From Asaia bogorensis (GTDB taxonomy: Bacteria > Cyanobacteriota > Cyanobacteriia > PCC-6307 > Cyanobiaceae), in assembly GCA_943370455.1 (NCBI GenBank), contig CALRQW020000001.1, positions 377,506-441,505 on the forward strand: 64,000 nt of DNA. The letters run 5' to 3'. Made by a program: the position numbers and the translations under genes. Positions 10,337 through 21,971 of this stretch are shown piece by piece. Positions within the stretch are counted from its first letter, which is position 1, and each line of letters opens with the position of its first letter. Under the pieces are notes generated by a model. The model searched no databases, had not been told where the DNA came from, and saw only the letters and a program-made list of their open reading frames with translations.

Positions 10337-12698
10337 TCCCCCTGCCGAACAGCACCTGAGCCTGGAACTCCACGGCCTTGTGCAGGGGGTGGGCTTTCGC
10401 CCGCATGTGGTGCGGCTGGCGTTACTGCATGGCCTGCACGGCACGGTGGCCAACTCCAGCCGCGGCGTGCAGCTGGAGTTGGAGGGGTCACGGCCCGCCT
10501 TGGAGGCATTCCGCCACAGCCTTTTGGCCAAGCCACCGGCTCGGGCTCGCATCGATCACGAGGTCTGCCGCTGGCAGCCCGTACACGCTGGCGGCGCCGG
10601 GGGAGTGCGAATCCTGGAGCCGCAAACCGGTGGCAACGGCTCAGCGCCAGTAAGCCCCGATCTAGCGATCTGCCTCCGCTGTCTGGAAGAGCTCCGCGAT
10701 CCAACCAACCGCCGCCACGGCTACCCGTTCATCAGCTGCACCGATTGCGGACCGCGCTACAGCGTCGTGGAGCAGCTGCCATTTGAACGGGAGCACACCA
10801 GCTTTCGCCACTTTCCGCTGTGCGAGCAGTGCCAGAGCGAGTTCAGCGATCCAGCCGATCGGCGCTTTCACGCCCAAACCATCAGCTGCCCGGCCTGCGG
10901 GCCCGCGCTGCACTGGGATGGCAGGCCGATCAGCAGCGCCGCAGGAATCCAAGCCGCGGCGGCCGCTCTGGCCGAGGGGGGCATCGTGGCCCTGCAGGGG
11001 GTGGGTGGCTTCCAGCTGCTGGTGGATCCAACCAACGCGGAGGCGCTGCAACGGCTGCGCCGGCGCAAGGGGCGTCCCCATAAACCCTTAGCGCTGCTCG
11101 CCAGTCGCGACTGGATGGAGAGCCATTGCTGCAGCCATGCCGGCGAACGGGAGCTCTGGCATGGGCCCACGGCTCCGATCCTGCTGCTGCGCCGTTCACC
11201 AGATGAGCCAGCCGGGATCGCAGCGGACGTGGCCGGCAGCAGCCCCTGGCTGGGAGTGATGCGCGCCAGCACCGGCCTGCAACAGCTGCTGCTGGAGGCC
11301 TGCGGCGGTGTGGTGGTGGCCACCAGTGCCAACCGATCCGGCGAACCGCTCTGCGCCAACGCCGATGCCGATGCCGCAACCCTGCGCGAGCTGGCCGATC
11401 ACGTGCTCAGCCACACCTTGCCGGTTGTGAACCGCATCGACGACAGCGTGCAGCGCTGGGCGGCAGTAGGAGCCCTCACCCTGCGCTTGGGGCGCGGCCT
11501 GGCGCCTGTGGCGCTTCCGCATCCCAGCAGCAACGCCGGATCGCTTGGGCTAGGCGCTCAGATCAAAGGGGCCGTGGCACTGCAAACCGCGAGCCACCGC
11601 CTGCTCAGCCCCGATTTGGGGGATCTGAGCAGCGTGGTGGGCGCCGCCCACCACCAACGCACCTGCCGCGACTGGTTGCAGCGCCATGGCTTACGCCTGA
11701 GCCACCTGGCCTGCGACCAGCACCCGGGCTACAGCGCCAGCGCCTGGGCCGAGGAGCTGGCCGCACGTGAGCAGCTGCCACTGAGCGCCGTGCAGCACCA
11801 CCACGCCCACCTGCTGGCGGTGATGGCGGAGCATCGAATCGAGGGTCCTGCGCTGGGTGTGGCCTGGGATGGCGCCGGCCAGGGAGAGGATGGCAGCCTC
11901 TGGGGCGGCGAAGCCCTGGCGATTAGCCCCGATGGCTACCGGCGCATCGCCCATCTGCGCCCCTGGCCACTACCGGGGGGTGAGCGGGCCCAACGGGAAC
12001 CGCGCCGGGCTGCCCTGGGCCTGCTGCTGGAGGCCTACGGACCCAGCTGGCGCGATCGGCTGGCGCCCCTGCCCAACCTCAGCTGGCGCACAGCCTTCAG
12101 CGACAACGAACTGCAGGTGCTCGAGCAGAGCGTGTGGCGCGGCCTCAACGCACCGCGCAGCTCGAGCATCGGCCGGTTATTTGATGCCGTTGCAGCGCTG
12201 CTGGGGCTGGCGCAGTGCTGCAGCTACGAAGCCCAGGCCGCCCTGGCGCTTGAGGCACTGGCCCTCGAAGCCCTTGAGCAGCCCAGCAAGACGGCCTGCC
12301 CGCTGGAGCTACCGCTGCAACGCAGAGATTCTTCAAGCCCGTGGCAGTGGAACTGGCAACCGCTGCTGGAGCAGCTGCTGGAAGCCCTAGCCCAGAACAT
12401 CCCCCCGCCTCAGCTGGCCCTGGCCTTTCATCAGGCCCTGGCCCAGGCGATCGCCGCACTCGCCCGGGCAGAAGGCTGCGAGGAACTGCTGTTGGCGGGG
12501 GGCTGCTTCCAAAACGCTCTGCTGCTGGAGCTCAGCATCAGCGCCCTCAAGCAGCAGGGCTGCCGGGCGCTCTGGCCGCAGCAGCTCCCCTGCAACGACG
12601 CCGCCCTGCCCATCGGCCAGCTGCTAGCAGCCGAAAGCGTGTCTATAAACCGGGTAGCCCCCAGGGCCGAAAGCCATGTGCCTGGCCGTCGCCGGTGA
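10320..12698 (+). CDS. hypF: Carbamoyltransferase HypF
   Basis: GLVQGVGFRP acylphosphatase domain, CTDCGPRY and CPACGP zinc fingers, TSANRSGEP, QHHHAH, WDG.G, SSIGRLFDA, PCNDA. Confidence 0.95.
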   Translation: MPNPPDPPAEQHLSLELHGLVQGVGFRPHVVRLALLHGLHGTVANSSRGVQLELEGSRPALEAFRHSLLAKPPARARIDHEVCRWQPVHAGGAGGVRILEPQTGGNGSAPVSPDLAICLRCLEELRDPTNRRHGYPFISCTDCGPRYSVVEQLPFEREHTSFRHFPLCEQCQSEFSDPADRRFHAQTISCPACGPALHWDGRPISSAAGIQAAAAALAEGGIVALQGVGGFQLLVDPTNAEALQRLRRRKGRPHKPLALLASRDWMESHCCSHAGERELWHGPTAPILLLRRSPDEPAGIAADVAGSSPWLGVMRASTGLQQLLLEACGGVVVATSANRSGEPLCANADADAATLRELADHVLSHTLPVVNRIDDSVQRWAAVGALTLRLGRGLAPVALPHPSSNAGSLGLGAQIKGAVALQTASHRLLSPDLGDLSSVVGAAHHQRTCRDWLQRHGLRLSHLACDQHPGYSASAWAEELAAREQLPLSAVQHHHAHLLAVMAEHRIEGPALGVAWDGAGQGEDGSLWGGEALAISPDGYRRIAHLRPWPLPGGERAQREPRRAALGLLLEAYGPSWRDRLAPLPNLSWRTAFSDNELQVLEQSVWRGLNAPRSSSIGRLFDAVAALLGLAQCCSYEAQAALALEALALEALEQPSKTACPLELPLQRRDSSSPWQWNWQPLLEQLLEALAQNIPPPQLALAFHQALAQAIAALARAEGCEELLLAGGCFQNALLLELSISALKQQGCRALWPQQLPCNDAALPIGQLLAAESVSINRVAPRAESHVPGRRR

Positions 12699-12863
12699 AT
12701 TGGTGAGCATCAGCGAACACGCCGATCCGCTCTGGCGGATGGGTGATGTGTGCTTTGGGGGTGTGCTGCGCCAGGTGAGCTTGGCCTGCGTGCCGGAAGC
12801 CCAGATCGGCGATCAGCTGCTGGTGCATGTGGGCGTGGCGCTCACGGTGCTGGAGCCGGAGCC

Positions 12864-12867
<4 letters not shown>
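12676..12867 (+). CDS. hypC: HypC/HybG hydrogenase chaperone
   Basis: MCLAVAG, V.L.CVP, GDQLLVHVGVAL. Confidence 0.95.
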
Positions 12868-16441
<3,574 letters not shown>

Positions 16442-16445
<4 letters not shown>

Positions 16446-17464
16446 GCATCCCCCTCACCACGACCTACCTGGGCCTTGAGCTTCCCTCACCGATCGTGGT
16501 GGGAGCCGCAGCCCCCCTCAGCAGTGACCTGCGACGGCTGGAGCAGCTGGAACGCGAGGGAGCCGGAGCGGTGGTGTTGCATTCCCTGTTCCTGGAGCAG
16601 ATCGAGCGCGATTGGCGGGAGTGGATCCACCACCAACAGCACAGCAGTGAGAGCCATCCCGAAGCCCTGAGCTACCTGCCAGCCGTGAATCCCCAGCACC
16701 TGGGCCTTGAGGGCTACCTCGAAGAGATCCGGCGTGCGCGGGAGGCCCTTTCGATCCCCGTGATCGCCAGCCTCAATGGCACCCACAGCGGCCACTGGAG
16801 CGAAGCAGCCCGGGCCCTGGAGCTGGCGGGCGCCTCCGCGATCGAGCTCAACCTCTACAGCGTACCCAGCAGCACCAGCTGCAGCAGCGCCGAACTGGAG
16901 GCGGAGCAGCTGGAAATCGTGCGGCAAGTGTGCAGCGCCCTTTCGGTGCCAGTGGCGGTGAAGCTCAGCCCCTGGTACACAGGTCTGGCGGCCATGACCC
17001 GCTCCTTGGCCGAGGCGGGAGCCCGCGGCGCGGTGCTGTTCAACCGATTCCTGCAACCGGAGATCGACATCGACACACTCAGCACCGAAGCGCACCTGGA
17101 GCTGAGCCATCGCAGCGAGCAACGGCTACCGCTGCGCTGGATCGGCCTGCTGCATGGCCGGGTGGCCTTAGACCTGGCGGCCAGCACCGGCATTGAGAAC
17201 GGGCGCGATGTGCTGCGGATGCTGATGGTGGGTGCGCAGATCTGCCAGGTGGTGAGTGCACTACTGCGTCACGGCCCTGGGGCGCTGCAGCGCATGCGCG
17301 AGGAGATGCAGCAATGGCTCGAGGAGAACCACATCGAAAGCCTCGCCAGCCTTCGCGGCAGCCTCAGCCAGCAACGCAACCCCAACCCCGAAGCCTTCGA
17401 GCGAGCTCAATATCTGCGGGCTCTCAGCAGTTACGCCCTACCCGCGGACTGGGGTGAGCGATGA
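16442..17464 (+). CDS. Dihydroorotate dehydrogenase-like flavoprotein (nifJ-associated family)
   Basis: TTYLGLEL.SP, PVIASLNG, IELNLY, PVAVKLSP, LFNRF.QP, STGI, QVVSALL; ATGA-coupled to nifJ. Confidence 0.85.
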
Positions 17465-18525
17465 GCGCCGAGGCGAAGCAACTGCTGGAGCAGATCCACC
17501 GCAGCACCACCCGACCCTGGACCTTGATGGAGGTATGCGGCGGCCAAACCCACGCCCTGCTGCGCCATGGCATTGACCAGCTGCTGCCGCCCGAGATCAC
17601 GCTGATTCACGGGCCCGGCTGCCCGGTGTGCGTGACCGCCACAGAGCGGATCGACCAAGCCCTTTCGATTGCTGAACGGCCGGAGGTGATCCTCTGCTCC
17701 TACGGCGACATGCTGCGGGTGCCGGGTAGCGACGGCCGCGATTTGCTCAGCCTGCGGGCCAAGGGAGCCGACGTGCGCGTGATCTATTCCCCTCTCGATG
17801 TGCTGGAGCTGGCCCGTCAACACCCAGAGCGACAGGTGGTGTTCTTCGCCGTGGGGTTTGAAACCACAGCTCCGGCCACCGCGTTACTGGCGCAACAGGC
17901 CCTAGCCGAGGCGATCAGCAACCTGAAGCTGCTGGTGGCCCATGTGCGGGTGGTGCCGGTGCTTGATCAGCTGCTGAGCGATCCGGCCTGTGCGGTGCAG
18001 GGGGTACTGGCCGCCGGCCATGTGTGCACGGTGATGGGCGGCAGCGAACTCAACGATCTGGTGCACCGCCACCGAAGGCCGGTGGTGATCACAGGGTTCA
18101 GCGCCGAGGAGCTGCTGCAGGGGATCCTGCGCTGCATCACCCAACTGGAGCGGGGGACCCATCAGCTGGAGAACGCTTACACAAAGGCGGTACAAAGCAA
18201 CGGCAATGAGGATGCCCAGGCTCTCCTAGCGAAGGTCTTTGAACCGACAGACACCCGCTGGCGTGGGCTAGGAACGATCGCGAACGGTGGTTATCAGCTC
18301 AAGGCTCGGTTTGATCGGCTGAATGCTGGTCCTGATTGGCCACTGAAAACCACAAAGGAGCCTCAAACAAAACAGCCTTGCCCCAGCGGCTTGGTGTTGC
18401 AGGGTCTACTACGTCCGAAGGAATGCCCCCATTTCGGCACCAGCTGCACACCAAACACGCCTCACGGGGCACCAATGGTGTCGAGCGAGGGAGCCTGCGC
18501 GGCCTACTACCGCTACGGCCGATAA
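17461..18525 (+). CDS. hypD: Hydrogenase maturation protein HypD
   Basis: MEVCGGQTH, GPGCPVCV, GFETTAP, GHVC, CPHFGTSCTP..P.GAPMVSSEGACAAYY. Confidence 0.97.
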   Translation: MSAEAKQLLEQIHRSTTRPWTLMEVCGGQTHALLRHGIDQLLPPEITLIHGPGCPVCVTATERIDQALSIAERPEVILCSYGDMLRVPGSDGRDLLSLRAKGADVRVIYSPLDVLELARQHPERQVVFFAVGFETTAPATALLAQQALAEAISNLKLLVAHVRVVPVLDQLLSDPACAVQGVLAAGHVCTVMGGSELNDLVHRHRRPVVITGFSAEELLQGILRCITQLERGTHQLENAYTKAVQSNGNEDAQALLAKVFEPTDTRWRGLGTIANGGYQLKARFDRLNAGPDWPLKTTKEPQTKQPCPSGLVLQGLLRPKECPHFGTSCTPNTPHGAPMVSSEGACAAYYRYGR

Positions 18526-18528
18526 AGG

Positions 18529-19560
18529 ATGCACCCCACTGATTCAACGATTCAGCTAGCCCATGGTGGTGGCGGGCACCTCAGTCAGCAGCTGATACAG
18601 AATTTGCTGATGCCTGCCTTTGGCCCAGCCGATGGAGTGCTCCACGATGCGGCAGTTTTTTCCAGCCCTGGACAAAGGCTGGCGTTCACAACCGACTCAT
18701 ATGTGGTGAGGCCGTTGTTCTTCCCAGGGGGCGACATTGGTCGCTTGGCCGTGATCGGTAGCGTGAATGACCTGGCGATGGCGGGAGCCAGGCCCGTAGC
18801 CCTCAGCCTGGGATTGATCCTTGAGGAGGGGCTTCCGATGGACACACTGAAGCGGGTAGTCCGCTCAATCAAAAACGCAGCTGAGCAGTGCGGAGTCAGG
18901 GTGATCACTGGAGATACAAAGGTGGTGGAGCGCGGCAAAGGTGATGGGATTTACATCAATACCAGCGGCATTGGGGTGGTGGAAGTGATCAAGCCGGTTC
19001 ATCCCAGCTCTGTGCAACCAGGCGATGCACTACTGGTAAGCGGTGATCTAGGGCGACATGGCCTGGCGGTACTGATCGCCCGGAATGATCTGGGGATTCG
19101 CAGCCAGCTGGAGAGCGACCTTGCTCCCCTCAACGGGACTGTGGAAGAGTTGATAGCAGCAGGTATTGAGTTGCATTGCCTACGCGATCTCACCCGCGGC
19201 GGCCTCGCAAGTGCCGTGGATGAAATCGCTCGAAGCTCTGGGTGTGGGATGGAGCTAGAGGAAAACAACATTCCCTACGATGCCAACGTGCAACGCGCGT
19301 GTGACCTACTGGGACTGGAGCCACTCAGCATGGCCAATGAGGGCCGGATGCTGGTGATCTGCCCAGAGGAAGATGCAGAGCGTGCCTTGAAAGTCCTACA
19401 GAATCTCAACCCCCTCGCAACACGCGTTGGCGTTGTTCAGGAACGGGACAGCACAACAACATGCTGGGGACACGATTATCCCGTGACTCTGCGCAACAGC
19501 CTAGGAGTGCTGAGGCCCTTAGATCTGGAGCGGGGAGAGCAGCTGCCGCGCATCTGTTGA
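18529..19560 (+). CDS. hypE: Carbamoyl dehydratase HypE
   Basis: LAHGGGG, TTDSYVV.PLFFPGGDIG, GDTKVV, RDLTRGGL, ANEG, C-terminal QLPRIC. Confidence 0.97.
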   Translation: MHPTDSTIQLAHGGGGHLSQQLIQNLLMPAFGPADGVLHDAAVFSSPGQRLAFTTDSYVVRPLFFPGGDIGRLAVIGSVNDLAMAGARPVALSLGLILEEGLPMDTLKRVVRSIKNAAEQCGVRVITGDTKVVERGKGDGIYINTSGIGVVEVIKPVHPSSVQPGDALLVSGDLGRHGLAVLIARNDLGIRSQLESDLAPLNGTVEELIAAGIELHCLRDLTRGGLASAVDEIARSSGCGMELEENNIPYDANVQRACDLLGLEPLSMANEGRMLVICPEEDAERALKVLQNLNPLATRVGVVQERDSTTTCWGHDYPVTLRNSLGVLRPLDLERGEQLPRIC

Positions 19561-19629
19561 AGCAAGCCGCAGTGAATCGCCAAGCCGCAAGAGCATCCAT
19601 AGATTCAAAACAGCTCTCAAAGCCAAGCA

Positions 19630-20370
19630 ATGAAACAGCACCATGAACGAACACTGAATGCACTCTTTGCCCACCCCTTGCACCATAATCTGCGCATGAA
19701 TGACGTTGAAGTGCTGTTGCTTCATCTCGGCATCCACATCGACCATCGATCCGACCACCGCATCAATCTGCAAGCACCGAGCGGCTCGAGAATTGTGCTG
19801 CATGCCGCCTCAGGCAAACATCATCCATTCCTGAGTGAAGATGGCATCTTGCAAATAAGACGCTTCTTAAAGCAGGAGGGGATCACCCCTGAACACCCGA
19901 TCTCGAATGACGTTTACCCCCGTGGCGAACAAGCAAAACGACTAGTAGTTCACGTTGACCACCGGGGTGCACACTTGTGGTGGCTAGAGGGAGATGACGT
20001 CCACACATCCACTCTGCAACCGCATGGCCTATGGAGCAGCCATCAGCACCTCAGCCACCGTCACGATCGAGATATCACTGGACAGCGAGCACCCATAGAC
20101 TTTGAGTTCCTTAACGAGATCAGCCACGCAATTCTGCAAGCAGATCGCATACTCCTGCTGGGCCATGGCCATGGGGAGAGCGATGTTTGCAAGCTTATAA
20201 GTAAACACATAGAGCAACATCATGCAGGTGCCGCAAAATACCTAGAGACAAGAATCCTAAACGACACGGGATGCAGTGACGCCGAACTAATCGCAATTGC
20301 CCATGAACTCTTTGGAAATCCACCACAGCGGAGCCTGCCGAGAGGGACAACGAGGGACACGAAGACATAA
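19630..20370 (+). CDS. His-rich two-domain protein: N-terminal HicA-like domain plus C-terminal eRF1-like/host-attachment (baeRF-type) domain
   Basis: N-term H.RTL.ALFAHP...N.....V..LL..LG...RRFL...GITP; C-term VV.VDHRGA......FL.EI..AI..ADRILL.GHG; 29 His in 246 aa (counted). Confidence 0.6.
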   Translation: MKQHHERTLNALFAHPLHHNLRMNDVEVLLLHLGIHIDHRSDHRINLQAPSGSRIVLHAASGKHHPFLSEDGILQIRRFLKQEGITPEHPISNDVYPRGEQAKRLVVHVDHRGAHLWWLEGDDVHTSTLQPHGLWSSHQHLSHRHDRDITGQRAPIDFEFLNEISHAILQADRILLLGHGHGESDVCKLISKHIEQHHAGAAKYLETRILNDTGCSDAELIAIAHELFGNPPQRSLPRGTTRDTKT

Positions 20371-20444
20371 CAAGTGACCACAAGAAAAACAAGCACATTG
20401 CAACATAATCAGAACACGACGAGCAACTATCACCGTTTAGCGCA

Positions 20445-20478
20445 AAAAAGGCCACCTGAGCAGCCAGGCGGCCTTTGC
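20445..20478 (-). terminator. Intrinsic terminator after minus-strand peptide gene 1
   Basis: Minus strand GCAAAGGCCGCCTG-GCTGCT-CAGGTGGCC followed by TTTTTT. Confidence 0.7.
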
Positions 20479-20511
20479 ATACCTTCAGGTACTAAGCGCT
20501 AAAGAAACAAC

Positions 20512-20781
20512 TCAGCGGCGGCGTCCACGGAAGAAACGACCATACGAGTTGGGGGCACTAGGAGCAACGGCAGGTGGAGAAAGAGTGGCAGTGTTATTGC
20601 TGAAGTTGTCATTAAAAGAACCCGCAATGCCACCAGTTGTAGCTTGCGAAGTCAGAGACGGGAAGTAGCCGAGATTAACATTGTTGCCATTACCAAAAGA
20701 AGCGTCATCAAGGATTGAGATGTCGAACAGGCCACCGCCACAGATCAACTGCGCATCAGCATCAGCAAGAAGATAAATCAT
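20512..20781 (-). CDS. Double-glycine-leader secreted peptide precursor 1 (89 aa)
   Basis: From ATG 20781: MIYLLADADAQLICGG|GLFDIS...; leader matches the two neighbouring precursors; has its own terminator. Confidence 0.75.
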   Translation of the reverse strand: MIYLLADADAQLICGGGLFDISILDDASFGNGNNVNLGYFPSLTSQATTGGIAGSFNDNFSNNTATLSPPAVAPSAPNSYGRFFRGRRR

Positions 20782-21283
20782 GAGAATGAACAACGTGAGT
20801 GAATAGAGGACAGGACACATGCCCGCCCTTCTCAGTTGTAGGCCCGAAAGAAGAACACGAAAGCTTCAAAGCAGATGAGCAGCAGTAGCGAGGCTGAGAA
20901 GAATGCAAAGCGTGCAAGGCACTCCCCCAAAAGAACACTACCCAGAAAAGGGAAAGGCATTGCCCCGGCAGTAGCAAGTCACACAAGAAAACCAAGCGAG
21001 CCTGAGAACAACAGCACCAATCAGCCAGACACCCAAAACAGACAAGACAGAAACAGGCAGAACAACATCAGCTCATCAGAATCCAAGACACACGGAAGCG
21101 AAGCCAGATGAACAAGAAGGCATCTAGTCAAGTCAGCAAAAATCAGCAATGAAGACACACGAAAGCACAAGCCAGCACATAAGGATCAAAATGCTGCAGA
21201 AACGATGAAAGATGTTTCAAGCTTCCGGAGAGAGCTAGAACCCACTTGGGCAATGCCCATTTCAACTTTGAACGAACATTCAG

Positions 21284-21583
21284 ATGACCAAGTTCGAACT
21301 TCTGTCTGACTGCCAGGCCGAAATCCTGGCCGGTGGCAACGGCGGCTGGGGCTTCCCCAGCCTGACCAGCAAGACCTCCTCGATGGAGATCAACAATCTG
21401 ATCAGCCAGTCCAACGTCGGCTCCGCATGGGCATCTGGCGCATCCGCCAGCACCGGCGGCCTAGGGGGTGGCTGGTACAAGATGTTCTCGCGCCCTCAGG
21501 AAGTCGAGACCTTTGCTGATGCGACCAACATCCAGAAGAACTTCAACGGAATCAGCAACTTCGGATTCAGCATCGCTGTCTGA
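21284..21583 (+). CDS. Double-glycine-leader secreted peptide precursor 2 (99 aa)
   Basis: MTKFELLSDCQAEILAGG|NGGWGFPSLTS...; G/S/N-rich core without Cys. Confidence 0.85.
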   Translation: MTKFELLSDCQAEILAGGNGGWGFPSLTSKTSSMEINNLISQSNVGSAWASGASASTGGLGGGWYKMFSRPQEVETFADATNIQKNFNGISNFGFSIAV

Positions 21584-21600
21584 GCGAGCCATCTAACAAC

Positions 21601-21627
21601 GGGGCCACAAGCATGTGGCCCCTTTTT
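21601..21627 (+). terminator. Intrinsic terminator after precursor 2
   Basis: GGGGCCACA-AGCA-TGTGGCCCC-TTTTT. Confidence 0.85.
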
Positions 21628-21654
21628 ACGGCTGATCATTCAACCCCCAAGACA

Positions 21655-21876
21655 ATGCAAACACTCAACGATCTTGAGGCCGAAACCCTGTGCGGTGGAA
21701 TTGGCTTTGCGATGCCAACAATCCAGGTGAGCCCGAACATCATTGTGAACACAATCCCGCAGATAAATGCCGGTTCTGCACTGGCTCTCTTTGGCGGAGA
21801 CGCCACCGTAGAGCAAGGCAATGGTTCGCTGCTGTGGAACACCCTGATTACATCGTTATTCAATCTTCGTCGATAG
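21655..21876 (+). CDS. Double-glycine-leader secreted peptide precursor 3 (73 aa)
   Basis: From ATG 21655: MQTLNDLEAETLCGG|IGFAMPTIQVSPNII... Confidence 0.8.
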   Translation: MQTLNDLEAETLCGGIGFAMPTIQVSPNIIVNTIPQINAGSALALFGGDATVEQGNGSLLWNTLITSLFNLRR

Positions 21877-21912
21877 ATCCAAGGTCAGGTTCCTTCAACA
21901 GATCACAGGCCT

Positions 21913-21939
21913 ACGGCTCTGGCTAGCCAGGGCCGTTTT
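21913..21939 (+). terminator. Stem-loop (weak terminator/attenuator) between precursor 3 and the transporter
   Basis: ACGGCTCTGG-CTAG-CCAGGGCCGT-TTT. Confidence 0.55.
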
Positions 21940-21971
21940 CAAAAGACCATTCGTTCGGCCCAGCCGAGCCC

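Noticed and set aside
20875-21111. 78-aa K/N/Q/S-rich plus-strand ORF and the 20762-20995 minus-strand ORF
   Set aside because: By-products of the A-rich strand skew; low complexity, no leader or motif
20512-21876. Lanthipeptide (prochlorosin-type) or cyanobactin precursors
   Set aside because: Cores have no Cys, leaders are short rather than Nif11-type, and no modifying enzyme gene is adjacent
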